From sequence record PP968062.1: a stretch of DNA of 64,000 nucleotides. One strand, 5' to 3'. Positions 1-10,162 of this stretch are shown piece after piece. The notes beneath the pieces were generated by a model. It searched no databases, was not told the DNA's origin, and saw only the letters and a program-made list of their open reading frames with translations. This DNA comes from Pseudomonas phage HPP-Temi. Position 1 is the first letter of the stretch. The number at the start of each line of letters is the position of its first letter. The translations under genes were made by a program, and so were the position numbers.

Positions 1-993
1 GTCGAATATTTTGCGACGGGTATTAGCGTCTTCCAGCTTGCCATACAGAGCGTTAGCAGTTTCTTTCATAGTCGAAGCGGAAACTACAGCAATGTTGGAT
101 GCATCAGCCATGGATACACGGCCAGTCTGAACAGACTTGCTCAGGTTGTTACGACGGCGATCAGTGATTTCCTTGTAGACACCAGACTTGTCACTTACCA
201 GAGCAGCGAAGTGAGCATCGATCATATCCTGACCGAGAACGAAGTCGCGCCAGAAACGAATCTGACCAGTCTTAACCAGGAAGAGGCGATGACCCCAAGT
301 ATCACGTCCGCCGGCACTAAAGATATGAGTAAGAGTCTGCGACGGAACTGCTGCCGGAATCAGACGAATGAGCACAGGTAGTTTTGCCTTGGCGTCACCA
401 TCGGTGATTTCAACGTTCAGCAGCTTACCAACAGCGAGGTTCTCAGTTTCGTATACTTTCTGGGTATCGCCCGAAGACATACGAGGAGAAGCTTCTTTCT
501 TATCACCTTTCTTACGATCATCGTCTTTCGATTGTTCGAATGCTTCTTGCGAGTATTCGGCAATCAGTTCAGGACGGATCTTTTGGTTGAACGATTCCAG
601 AGACGGGAAACCGTTCTGGTAGTTCTCTTTGGAGAACACAGCGCCACTAACATCAGCACCGATCGAACGGTACGGGTTCAGGCTGTCGAATACTTTGAGA
701 GTATCGATCTTACCAACACCAAGTACCATGTTAACAGCTTGCAGATAATATCCAGCGAACTGGCTCAGTGCCATCTTCAGGATATCTTGCATGTACGGTT
801 GGTCGACCAGAACGCTATCAATGATAGCGAGAGGCTCAACCCGACACGGGCGAGTCAAATCGGCAAGAGAGTTGATCTCCATGCTATTTTTGGTCGCATT
901 AAGGACTGTGGTCATAAGACCTTTAAAAGCTTGGCTACCGGCAGCAGCACCCGCTGCGCCAGCCATAGCACCAGCTACGATTGGTAGTGGCAT
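1..993 (-). CDS. hypothetical protein, N-terminal portion (gene continues beyond window start); Gly/Ala-rich N-terminus MPLPIVAGAMAGAAGAAAGS
   Basis: Minus-strand frame open from ATG at 991-993 to window edge; SD-like AAGGAAG about 8 nt upstream; plus-strand ORFs here are short and overlapping. Confidence 0.55.
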   Translation of the reverse strand, partial: MPLPIVAGAMAGAAGAAAGSQAFKGLMTTVLNATKNSMEINSLADLTRPCRVEPLAIIDSVLVDQPYMQDILKMALSQFAGYYLQAVNMVLGVGKIDTLKVFDSLNPYRSIGADVSGAVFSKENYQNGFPSLESFNQKIRPELIAEYSQEAFEQSKDDDRKKGDKKEASPRMSSGDTQKVYETENLAVGKLLNVEITDGDAKAKLPVLIRLIPAAVPSQTLTHIFSAGGRDTWGHRLFLVKTGQIRFWRDFVLGQDMIDAHFAALVSDKSGVYKEITDRRRNNLSKSVQTGRVSMADASNIAVVSASTMKETANALYGKLEDANTRRKIFD

Positions 994-1031
994 CGTTCTC
1001 TTCCTTCATTGGTTCGCAGAGATTTGAAAAA

Positions 1032-2075
1032 ATGGCATTAAGTGATTATCTAACGCAAATTACACAGAACATTGGGATGTCGCCGCGCGATCGTTCCATT
1101 GAAGATTCCTTCAAAGGCCTGAACATCACAGGTCGTAACAATGCGATTTCGTTAAATACAGAAAACCATGGTTATACTTTCTTTACCCGCCCATTGCTGA
1201 ACTTGGCTGAGGATAACTGCATGGTGGACAGACGTCTGTCCATGATCCTGAATCCTAACCCACAAAGTATCGAGCGTATGGTTAGGGCATATTTGGATCC
1301 ACGAGCTCATAGTGAGGGTGGCACAACATGGTGCGCTGGAGTAGATCCTCTTAACCCTTTCATCCCTTTGCTCAGTAACAACTTGATTAGTCTTACTGGC
1401 TGGGAAGATTTCACTATCAACTTGGGAACCACAACTCCCGGTGTGTACCGTGACGTAATGTCCTACGTGGACGACGTGCCATATCAGTACAACACCTACG
1501 ATTTACAGGCGACGTTCCGCAATATTGCTGGAGATCCTATAACATGGATGTTCAAGATCTGGCTAGTCTATATGGGTCTCAATCGTGAGGGTCGTATCCT
1601 ACCTTATCCAGATTTGCTGATGTTAAACGAATACGATGCGAACACTCGTATCTATCGCTTAGTGATGGACTCTACTAAGACGTTTGTTACCCGAATTGCA
1701 GCTTGTGGTGCAGCGCTTCCAATGAACGCTCCTACAGGTCAGATCATCAACTTTACAGGCGATGGCGCAGAGACTCCGTTCCAAACTGCTAGTGATCAAC
1801 TCAACTTTAGTTTCCGTTGTATGGGAATGACAATTTACGATCATATCTTGATCTATGAGTTTAATGATCTTGTTGAAACATTTAACCCGCTAATGCGTGA
1901 CAACAATAGGGGTCGTCTGACTCAGAAGTTGAAACAGCATGAAAAGAAATGGTTTAACTTCCAAGCCTATCCATATATCAACGGTACTACCATGGAACTC
2001 GAATGGCATGTACCGAAATCTATCTACGAACAGTTGGCTGGTGGGAACCTGACCCGCGGATTCAATCCAAGTTGA
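1032..2075 (+). CDS. hypothetical protein
   Basis: ORF track 981..2075 (TTG); first ATG at 1032 (MALSDYLTQ...) in same frame; followed 10 nt later by next gene. Confidence 0.6.
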   Translation: MALSDYLTQITQNIGMSPRDRSIEDSFKGLNITGRNNAISLNTENHGYTFFTRPLLNLAEDNCMVDRRLSMILNPNPQSIERMVRAYLDPRAHSEGGTTWCAGVDPLNPFIPLLSNNLISLTGWEDFTINLGTTTPGVYRDVMSYVDDVPYQYNTYDLQATFRNIAGDPITWMFKIWLVYMGLNREGRILPYPDLLMLNEYDANTRIYRLVMDSTKTFVTRIAACGAALPMNAPTGQIINFTGDGAETPFQTASDQLNFSFRCMGMTIYDHILIYEFNDLVETFNPLMRDNNRGRLTQKLKQHEKKWFNFQAYPYINGTTMELEWHVPKSIYEQLAGGNLTRGFNPS

Positions 2076-2085
2076 GGAAATTTTA

Positions 2086-5001
2086 ATGAGTCAGTTTAAA
2101 GAACGGATGTATAGTGCACGACGCAACCCCGCGTTGATGCAGACCATCGCTCTTAATGAACTGGATGCGCAAATAAACGGCTCTGGTAACGGAGCCGTTG
2201 TTGCAGATATTCCAGATGCTTCCATTCCGTTCGTATTCTCTCTTGAATGCGGATCGATGGAAACCGCCATGGCTATCAGCGAGATGGAAGCTCTTGGTCG
2301 TCAGCTATATCCTCGTCTGTCCCTGAACAACGAAGAAATCTACAAGCACATGTCCGATGACGATTACATTGGACGTTTCGCTTCTCCGGCTAAGACACCG
2401 TTTAACTTCTTGATCGCTTATGATGAAATTATCGCTAAAGCCGTCCCCGTCGGTAACACCGGTATCCGTAAACTTATTATCCCTCGTCTGACCGAGTTCG
2501 ATGCTGCTGGTATTAAGTTCACTATGCAGTACCCGATTGAAATTCGTGTAATGCGTCATGGTGGCATCACGATTGAATATGTACTCGATAAGACTTCTCC
2601 CGTTGAGACCCTTTCTACTAACATTGTCCCTTGGACCATGTTGGTTATCGATCGTCGTAAAGTCGTGTCACTCCAGATTCCGGTTTATCAGTTTGCAGTT
2701 AAGACCCATACTGAATCCCTGAACCCATCGAGCTTGTTCCAACAGTCTTATCCATTCACTGATAAGTTCTTCTATGCTCGGGCTTATATTAGCCGTGCAG
2801 AGAATGATCAATGGGAGGAAGTTAAGACTACCCACTCCGATCTCGTTTATGACCCGATGAATCTGACCGTAGTGTTTAAGGTAGTGGGTAATAAACTCCA
2901 GGTGAGTATCCCGACTATCTACACCAATACACGGATGGCTCAAGGCGATATTCGAATCGACATCTATACCACTCAAGGTAAGATGGATCGTGATCTGGGT
3001 TCGTACAAAGCTAACCAGTTTAAATTCTGGCTGAATGACATCGATGATGATCGCACCTTTGTATCCCCTCTTACTACCTTTAACTTGATTCAAGCTTTGG
3101 CTCGTGGTCGTGTAGAGGGTGGCGCAGATTCGGTAGACTTCAACGTACTCCGTAACCAAGTTATCAATAACACCCTGGGTGCTAACCAGGTACCAATCAC
3201 TAACGTACAGATCGAAGATGCTGTTCAACGTCGTGGTTATACCTTAGTATCCAACATCGATAACATTACCAATCGTCAGTTCCTCGCCTCAAGACGTCTA
3301 GGAGAGCCTAGAGCGCTCGATGTTATTTCTGGTGCTGGCGTTGCTATGTCTCAGCTAAAGGTTGATATGGAGTCCCTAGCGGGCTCTGTACACGTGTTTG
3401 ACAATGGTGATCGTCTCACTATCAAACCGAGCATGCTTTATACGTTCAACAAAGGACGTGTGAACACTGTAGCCGATGCTGAGATTACTCGACTGACTGG
3501 CAGCACTGCCGAACAGATCGCTCGTGAAGTAAACAACGGTCGTTACGTATATTCTCCTTTCCACAACGTACTCGATGCATCGCGTGAGAACTTTGAGGTT
3601 CGTCCTTATTACTTGGATAACCCGACTATCACTGAGAAGATCTTCGTTGGCGAGAACGATACAGCTAACCTACAAGCAGCTATCGATGTATTCAATATCG
3701 AGAAGACTGAAGATGGTTATCGGATTACTGTTCGTTTGGAATCCGGAGAGCAGTTCAAGAAACTGGCCGATGAGCAGATCGTATTGCAAATTGGTTATCA
3801 ACCTCCAGGTGAGAATCGTTGGGCTTCCGTTAACGGTAAGTTCATCGGCATTGAAGATGAAGAACGCGTATTCGCTTTCGATATCAAGACAAGGCATGAC
3901 ATCAACTCGAAGAATGAACTGTATACGACTAACATGTCGATGTTCTCTGACGTACAGAACAACTTCGCTACTCCGTTGAACACTCTGCTTGACGTTACCA
4001 TCATGGTAGTCAATACTACAACTCCAGGTTATCAACCTAACGTGATCGATGAGATGGTTCAGGTTCACCTGCTCCCTCAGCAATTCATGGTTGTAAACCG
4101 TGAACGCCTCGTAACTGTATTGGGTTACGACATGACCAAGATGTGGCGGCGTAGCCGTACTGTTCTGGGTGATGAATCGTATCAACATTGGGACCACGAT
4201 GTAATGTGGTTCTATGAGGAGAATGAGTATCAGCGTGACGAACAAGGTAACATTATTGTTGAGATTCTTCCTAACGGTCAACTCGACTACAAGATCCTCC
4301 ACAAGAAAGGAGATCCTGTTCTGGATGCCAATGACGTTCAAGTTAAGAAGCATCAACGTGGTGATGTTATTCTAGACACTAATGGTCGACCTGTATTGGT
4401 TGCTCCTCGTAAGCGTCTTCGTGAAATCACTCTGATGATGGTCGATGGTTTGTTCTACTTCGCTAACGAGAAATCCGCTCTTGACTACAAAATCGAGATT
4501 CCGATGGAGTTCGTTACTTGGCTGGCAAACGACATCTCTATTCTTGATGCACAACTTCTTGAGATGTGCGAGATGTATCTCTATCCGACTACTACTTACG
4601 GTGACACTACTGTTACTGTTCGTGAAGGTCAGAAGGCTACCATCTCCGTAGACCAAGCGTTCACTCTTAGCTTCTATTTGAAGCCTGCTGAATACACCAA
4701 CACTACAATCCGTCCGAGCCTGATGTCTAATGGTAAGTCGGTATTAAACGAGTATATCAGTCGTAAGACTGTGTCGATGTCCGAGACAGTTGCACAACTG
4801 GAAGCTACCTCGGGTGATGGCGTACAAGCACTTGAAGTGTTCGGTCTGGGTGGCACTGACAACTACGCAATCCTTACAGTAGAAGACGATGCAGTTCGTT
4901 TGGCTATTCGTAAGAAGCTGGTTGTACTGGCTAACCAAGAACTGACTGTGGAGGATGACGTGCAGTTCAACTTCCTCAAACATGAAGTGCTTTCGAACTA
5001 A
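2086..5001 (+). CDS. large hypothetical protein (971 aa), possibly virion/structural
   Basis: Long uninterrupted ORF, SD GAGGAAA 7 nt upstream of ATG, ends at hairpin terminator 5012-5031. Confidence 0.75.
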   Translation: MSQFKERMYSARRNPALMQTIALNELDAQINGSGNGAVVADIPDASIPFVFSLECGSMETAMAISEMEALGRQLYPRLSLNNEEIYKHMSDDDYIGRFASPAKTPFNFLIAYDEIIAKAVPVGNTGIRKLIIPRLTEFDAAGIKFTMQYPIEIRVMRHGGITIEYVLDKTSPVETLSTNIVPWTMLVIDRRKVVSLQIPVYQFAVKTHTESLNPSSLFQQSYPFTDKFFYARAYISRAENDQWEEVKTTHSDLVYDPMNLTVVFKVVGNKLQVSIPTIYTNTRMAQGDIRIDIYTTQGKMDRDLGSYKANQFKFWLNDIDDDRTFVSPLTTFNLIQALARGRVEGGADSVDFNVLRNQVINNTLGANQVPITNVQIEDAVQRRGYTLVSNIDNITNRQFLASRRLGEPRALDVISGAGVAMSQLKVDMESLAGSVHVFDNGDRLTIKPSMLYTFNKGRVNTVADAEITRLTGSTAEQIAREVNNGRYVYSPFHNVLDASRENFEVRPYYLDNPTITEKIFVGENDTANLQAAIDVFNIEKTEDGYRITVRLESGEQFKKLADEQIVLQIGYQPPGENRWASVNGKFIGIEDEERVFAFDIKTRHDINSKNELYTTNMSMFSDVQNNFATPLNTLLDVTIMVVNTTTPGYQPNVIDEMVQVHLLPQQFMVVNRERLVTVLGYDMTKMWRRSRTVLGDESYQHWDHDVMWFYEENEYQRDEQGNIIVEILPNGQLDYKILHKKGDPVLDANDVQVKKHQRGDVILDTNGRPVLVAPRKRLREITLMMVDGLFYFANEKSALDYKIEIPMEFVTWLANDISILDAQLLEMCEMYLYPTTTYGDTTVTVREGQKATISVDQAFTLSFYLKPAEYTNTTIRPSLMSNGKSVLNEYISRKTVSMSETVAQLEATSGDGVQALEVFGLGGTDNYAILTVEDDAVRLAIRKKLVVLANQELTVEDDVQFNFLKHEVLSN

Positions 5002-5007
5002 GCGGCA

Positions 5008-5040
5008 TAAAGCCCGGCCTTGAGCCGGGCAATATGTCGT
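5008..5040. terminator. bidirectional hairpin (GCCCGGC-cttga-GCCGGGC) followed by AATATGTCG motif
   Basis: 7-bp GC stem between convergent genes 2086..5001(+) and 5040..6314(-); member of the hairpin+TATGTCG family. Confidence 0.7.
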
Positions 5041-6284
5041 TAAACACCGAGTTCGCGTTTGATCTCTTCAAACTTCTTATTCAGTGCTTCCCAGCCCGCG
5101 TCAGCTACATCGCTAACAACGTGTGCGTAGAAGTCTTCACGAACGATATCGTGAGCCTTGATGAAGAAGTTAGCGTAGGTCGCACCGGCTTTGTACTGAT
5201 ACAACGGCAGCTTATGGAAGATGTTAACCATGTCATTCAATGCTTCGATGCCAGTATTGATACTCTCAACAGTGGCTTGTAGCTGTGACATAGGTACAAC
5301 CGATTCTTCGAAATCATAACGACGGATCTTGCGAAGTTCATCTGCACACTGACCGTAGATATCGTAGATGAAACGGTACGAGAAAGCTTCACGCTTCAGC
5401 ATACGCTTAGAATCTTCGAAGAAACGAACACCAACACGTTTGTGCTTGATGTAGAAGTTAGGATCGTCAGATTGAGTATCCATGTTCTTCAGAGTTTCAG
5501 CCAAAGACTTAAGACGCGGACCAACGTGAGAATCGAAACCAAGTTCCAGACGGGAACGGTCCATTACCTGACGTACTTGACGGACTTGTTCAAGTAGCTG
5601 AGCGCCATACTTCTGAGCTTCTTGTTGGAGGTTACGTACACGACGAAGATCGTCATCTACACCAAAAGCCAGAAGACCCAGATCAGAACGAGGGAGCTTA
5701 GGATCAAGCAGAACAACTTCAGCAGCTTCGTAGTACTTACGATCTAGATTACGAGTACCAAGCTTGTTCATGGCTTGCATCGCTTTCCAGTTCGATTCCA
5801 GTTTGACGATCTGGCCGTTGATGCTATCAATACGACCTTGGATGAGTTCATCAGTCATCGTGAGAGACTTAACCCAACGCCAGGCTTTAGCTACGAAGTC
5901 AATCAGAGCACGGAACCATTCCTTGATAGTAGCAAGGATAGCTGCACCGATAGCTTCATTAGAAACTTTCATGTTAAGGCTGGTACGCGTCGGAGTGAAC
6001 AGTGAGTTATAGTTCTCAAGGGAAGGATATACCGGAACATTCAGACCGATCGATTCCATGGAACTATGGATGTTACGAAGAGCAGTGATGTCGTGCGAGG
6101 ATACACCTTCTGCTTTGATAGTAGCACGCAGCTCAGTCAGAGTAGTTAGATGCTCCAGTGCAGCGTGTACTTTGGTTTGCAGTTCGGGGTCAAGTTGAAC
6201 ACCGGCTACGGGTTCTGCTTCAACCTCTCGATCAAGCAGTCGTTGTTCTTCAAAAAGAACATCTTCATGTTCATGCATTTTCAT
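5040..6284 (-). CDS. hypothetical protein
   Basis: ORF track 5040..6314 (GTG); likely ATG start at 6282-6284 (MKMHEHED) with AAAGG SD. Confidence 0.65.
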   Translation of the reverse strand: MKMHEHEDVLFEEQRLLDREVEAEPVAGVQLDPELQTKVHAALEHLTTLTELRATIKAEGVSSHDITALRNIHSSMESIGLNVPVYPSLENYNSLFTPTRTSLNMKVSNEAIGAAILATIKEWFRALIDFVAKAWRWVKSLTMTDELIQGRIDSINGQIVKLESNWKAMQAMNKLGTRNLDRKYYEAAEVVLLDPKLPRSDLGLLAFGVDDDLRRVRNLQQEAQKYGAQLLEQVRQVRQVMDRSRLELGFDSHVGPRLKSLAETLKNMDTQSDDPNFYIKHKRVGVRFFEDSKRMLKREAFSYRFIYDIYGQCADELRKIRRYDFEESVVPMSQLQATVESINTGIEALNDMVNIFHKLPLYQYKAGATYANFFIKAHDIVREDFYAHVVSDVADAGWEALNKKFEEIKRELGV

Positions 6285-6573
6285 TACCTTTAGAATGCTC
6301 GTGGAGCTTGTCACGTAGGAGGTACAACTCTAAACGAATAATCTCCTCAATCGCCTTACGTCGTGCAACAATAACACCACGCTTAGAATCGAAGGCAGTT
6401 TTATTCGCAACAATTGCATCGGTGACTATCCGATGTCCATTACTTAGTTTAGTAATGCAGACAGTCACCAACATTTCAGGGTCAGAGATGATCTTCTCTT
6501 TAACAATTAACGACTTGGCGTATGCTTTAGTAATCCTAGGATGCACCAAATCGTCATGGGTATGGTCGACCAT
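6271..6573 (-). CDS. hypothetical small protein (100 aa)
   Basis: ORF track; short overlap with downstream gene. Confidence 0.45.
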   Translation of the reverse strand: MVDHTHDDLVHPRITKAYAKSLIVKEKIISDPEMLVTVCITKLSNGHRIVTDAIVANKTAFDSKRGVIVARRKAIEEIIRLELYLLRDKLHEHSKGNENA

Positions 6574-6590
6574 GACGACCCCTCCCTGAC

Positions 6591-7031
6591 TTAGCCTTCT
6601 ACTTCAAGCTGGCGCAGAACGTTAGTCACTTCGTTTTGGCACTTGGCGAATTCGTAGCGGCTAGCGAGCATTTGTGCGGTAGCGGTTTCATCGCTGGTCT
6701 GATATTCTTCAGCGGTAACAGATTTCATCGCAGCTTCAACGATAGCCGGATCAGTTACACAGTTAATCAGTTCCAGACGAATACGGACGATCTGCTTGAA
6801 CAGTTCAGTAGCAAGTTTCAGATCGAGAGCAATGTTCTCGTTAACCTGACCAGCTACTTTACGGAGCATGGGCATATGCGCATCGATCAGCTCTTCACAG
6901 GAAAGGCTCGGATCGAGTTGAACATAGAAACCAACAGCGTTAGCTACGAACATAGCGCGAGCTTGACGATCATTGTTGGTCGGAGATTTGATTTCTTTCA
7001 GGATGCGGGCAATTTCAAAACCAGTACGCAT
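6591..7031 (-). CDS. hypothetical protein (146 aa)
   Basis: ORF track; tight spacing in minus-strand gene string. Confidence 0.6.
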   Translation of the reverse strand: MRTGFEIARILKEIKSPTNNDRQARAMFVANAVGFYVQLDPSLSCEELIDAHMPMLRKVAGQVNENIALDLKLATELFKQIVRIRLELINCVTDPAIVEAAMKSVTAEEYQTSDETATAQMLASRYEFAKCQNEVTNVLRQLEVEG

Positions 7032-7046
7032 TTCGGTCTACCTTGT

Positions 7047-8294
7047 TTATTGAGTTAAGCGGAAAGCTTGTAAGAACAAATCATTGTTCAGCAATGTCTC
7101 TAGATTCTCTTCTGCTTGCTTGTGATGTAACTCACGCCGGCGTGCAGGGCGGAAGAATTCTAAGACAGAATCAAACATACCACGATTGTTCGAGAAATCT
7201 TTAATGATGTCATCAATAGCTTTTATGTCGTCACTCATAGCAGCTTTATCTTTAGCTGTATCAGAACGGCGAAGCTGAGCGATAAGATCACGACGCACTT
7301 TCATAATGCGTTCACGGGGATCATCGTAACGGGCAGAGAAGTTAAACTCGTCTACTTCGGCATTTATTATGATCACAAGCATAACTAGTGGGGAGAACCA
7401 CAACATAGCTAGTGCGTGGATAATCATCATGAAGTAACCGGTTTCCCGATGTTCGAGTCCGTAGTACTTATCAAACTTATGCAAACATGTGGCGAGGTCA
7501 CGACTATAACCCAAACGACTGGCAAACATATCTGCCATTTGTTCTTCACGACGCATTGCCGTAACGGGGTTATTCATCAGGTGGTGTCGTGGGGCTTTCT
7601 TATAAGCAGAAAGGATGGCACGACGCACATTGCCAACATCTGAACGATCGTTGATATAGGCTTCGTATTCTTCTGGCTTCAGGTTATCTTTGAGCCATTT
7701 GTCGGTGAAGATCTCCAACTTGAATACGTTCTGTTTCTTACCTTGCAGGATCTCGATCCCGTCAGTCAGGTAATAGTTGAGCCAAACGTAATCACCCATG
7801 TACATGAAGACGTTGAAGGTGTGACCGATTTCGTGAATCAGTGCAGCTGCTACTTCACGAATTGTAAAGCCCAGTTTCTCACTAATGAATCCCAGGGAGA
7901 TATAGACTTTAAATTTGAGTTCGTCAGCAAGACCACCTTTAACATGGACGTTCTTTACATCGATAACTGTTTCCAGTTTACGAGGGTCGTTATAGCTGTT
8001 CTCAGCGCGAAGCCGTTTGTGAGCATTATACCAAGTACCGCTGTGACCCAAGGCCATCATTTCAATACTGACGCCAGCATCCAGACCAGTATCGCCAGAA
8101 ATGGTGAAGTCGTAATTGATACCAGTTTCAGCTTTCAGTTCCGCTGTAAAATCTGTAAGGAGTTTGACCGGAATGATTTTGTCTTTTGCGTATGCTTCCC
8201 GAATCAGAGTAATGTATTTCTCCGTGATCGGGCCAATGTTGGACTTAGCTCCAACAGCTAGCATCTCTTGAGAGATAGTGAATCGGTTATACAT
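7047..8294 (-). CDS. zinc metallopeptidase (HExxH, membrane-anchored; M48/M56-like)
   Basis: AALIHEIGHTFN motif (HExxH) plus hydrophobic segment YFMMIIHALAMLWFSPLVMLVIII. Confidence 0.65.
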   Translation of the reverse strand: MYNRFTISQEMLAVGAKSNIGPITEKYITLIREAYAKDKIIPVKLLTDFTAELKAETGINYDFTISGDTGLDAGVSIEMMALGHSGTWYNAHKRLRAENSYNDPRKLETVIDVKNVHVKGGLADELKFKVYISLGFISEKLGFTIREVAAALIHEIGHTFNVFMYMGDYVWLNYYLTDGIEILQGKKQNVFKLEIFTDKWLKDNLKPEEYEAYINDRSDVGNVRRAILSAYKKAPRHHLMNNPVTAMRREEQMADMFASRLGYSRDLATCLHKFDKYYGLEHRETGYFMMIIHALAMLWFSPLVMLVIIINAEVDEFNFSARYDDPRERIMKVRRDLIAQLRRSDTAKDKAAMSDDIKAIDDIIKDFSNNRGMFDSVLEFFRPARRRELHHKQAEENLETLLNNDLFLQAFRLTQ

Positions 8295-8400
8295 GAGAGT
8301 GGCCTACTCGTCAGTTTTATTAATCATAAAGTAAAGCTCGAATGAGAGATTACTGGGGTGATTAATACTACGTGTTTTAAGATTTAAAAAGGAACTCGAA

Positions 8401-10113
8401 ATGAGTGATGATATTTCTTTTAGTAAAGAAGATGTAGTTGGTATCGAAGCTAAACATATTACTTACGTTACCGACCGTAACCATCGCAAGCATGACTTGC
8501 ACGTTGTTAAAGAGGTCATCCATCTTAAGGACAAGCGTCGGATTCCTCGTCTCCGTTTTATTGAGGATTATGAACGTCCTTGGTGGTTGGACCCTGAGGC
8601 CAACAAGAAAGAAGGGCAACGTTCTTACACTGAGAAGAAAGACTACGAATATGAGAAGAAACTCCTCAAACGTAAGTCTACTCAAATTAACATGCCGCAC
8701 GCTATCGCTAAAGCTCTTGGTGATTACAGCATGGGTCCTAACCCACGGATGCGTCAACTGAGTCGTAGTCCTTATCTGTACGGTTCTGACGTTAGCTCTG
8801 TTTGCTATCTGAAGAACGACTATCGAATGGCTGCTCCTGATCTGATCTCTCGTAACACTGTCGCTGGTGGCGACATTGAGACCAACGTTTACGAAGATGG
8901 TAAAGATGGTGAGATCATCTGCATGTCCGTATCGTTTAAAGATAAAGTCTATCTGGCTTATCTGAAACGTTGGGTAAGTGACCTCAAAGATCCTATACAA
9001 GAAACCTTTGATGAACTGGAACGTATCCCTGAGTTGGTTGCTCTTCGTAAGGGACGTAATCTGAACATCGAGATCGAAGTAGTTGATCAACCGGTTCACA
9101 TCGTAATTAACTGCATAAAGCGTCTCCACAAATGGAAGCCTGACTTCTTCTCCTTCTGGAACATCAGCTTCGACATGAGTCGAATCCTGAAAACTCTGGA
9201 AGACGCTGGTGTTGATCCGGCGGTTGTATTTAGTGATCCGTCTGTACCGGCTAACTACAAGTACTTCCACTTCCGTCAAGATCAAGCGATGACCACTACG
9301 GCATCGGGTGTAACCAAGTCTAAAGGTCCAGAAGACCAATGGCACTGGATTACTTGCCCTGCATCTTTCCAACCGATCGATGCGATGTCTACTTACCGTG
9401 TAACTCGTCTGGCTAAAGGTAAGGAACCGTCTTACGCGCTTGATTACATTCTGAAGAAAGAACTCAACGTCGATGAAGATGCTGAGATTCTGGGTGAAGG
9501 TGATCTGGTTAAGTTCCAGAAAGGTCTCGACAAACTGTTAGCTGAACGTCCGGGTAGTTATCCTTATCTGTTCGTTAACTACAGCGGTAAAGAAGATGAC
9601 TGGACTCCGGTTGAACACTTCACTTGGGGTGACACTGTAAACCTGGGTAACCATGTTCGTTACACCATGAACTTTGGTAAGCTTAAGTTCCCTGAAACTG
9701 ATCACCTCGGAGGGATCGAATGGCACATTGAGATGCAGAAGAACCACAAGGTTCGTTATGGTCTTTACAACATCATCGACTCCATTCGTCTGGAGCAACT
9801 CGATGAGAAGATCAATGACCTTGCCAGTTCTATTACTCTGTTCTCGAAGTCTTCCGACTATAAGAACTTTAGCTCTAACCCGAAGCGTCTTTGTGACGAC
9901 ATGCACTTCTGGTATCTGAACCGTCCTGAGCCGTGTGTCATTGGTACTAGCTCTGACCAAATGGTTCACGAGCTCGATCAGTACGTAGTGGGTCACGATA
10001 GCTGGATTGTTACACTGCCTTCTTACATGGCTGGTCCGAACGGATTGAAGTGTGTTAAGGACTTACCTGATTACAAGACTTTGATCTTTAGCCACGTAGC
10101 TGATTTGGATTAA
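8401..10113 (+). CDS. family B DNA polymerase, N-terminal 3'-5' exonuclease part (split polymerase)
   Basis: Exo I GGDIETN, Exo II FWNISFDMSRIL, Exo III SYALDYILKKEL with typical spacing; SD AAAGGAA upstream of ATG. Confidence 0.65.
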   Translation: MSDDISFSKEDVVGIEAKHITYVTDRNHRKHDLHVVKEVIHLKDKRRIPRLRFIEDYERPWWLDPEANKKEGQRSYTEKKDYEYEKKLLKRKSTQINMPHAIAKALGDYSMGPNPRMRQLSRSPYLYGSDVSSVCYLKNDYRMAAPDLISRNTVAGGDIETNVYEDGKDGEIICMSVSFKDKVYLAYLKRWVSDLKDPIQETFDELERIPELVALRKGRNLNIEIEVVDQPVHIVINCIKRLHKWKPDFFSFWNISFDMSRILKTLEDAGVDPAVVFSDPSVPANYKYFHFRQDQAMTTTASGVTKSKGPEDQWHWITCPASFQPIDAMSTYRVTRLAKGKEPSYALDYILKKELNVDEDAEILGEGDLVKFQKGLDKLLAERPGSYPYLFVNYSGKEDDWTPVEHFTWGDTVNLGNHVRYTMNFGKLKFPETDHLGGIEWHIEMQKNHKVRYGLYNIIDSIRLEQLDEKINDLASSITLFSKSSDYKNFSSNPKRLCDDMHFWYLNRPEPCVIGTSSDQMVHELDQYVVGHDSWIVTLPSYMAGPNGLKCVKDLPDYKTLIFSHVADLD

Positions 10114-10162
10114 ATATACGTAAAGATGATATTTCCTGTTATTGTATACAGGAGATATTAAC

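Noticed and set aside
5034-5282. Small plus ORFs starting at the conserved ATGTCGTTA (also 19722..20015)
   Set aside because: The ATG is part of the conserved hairpin-flanking TATGTCG motif and the TTA is the stop codon of the convergent minus-strand gene. The ORFs are antisense to real genes.
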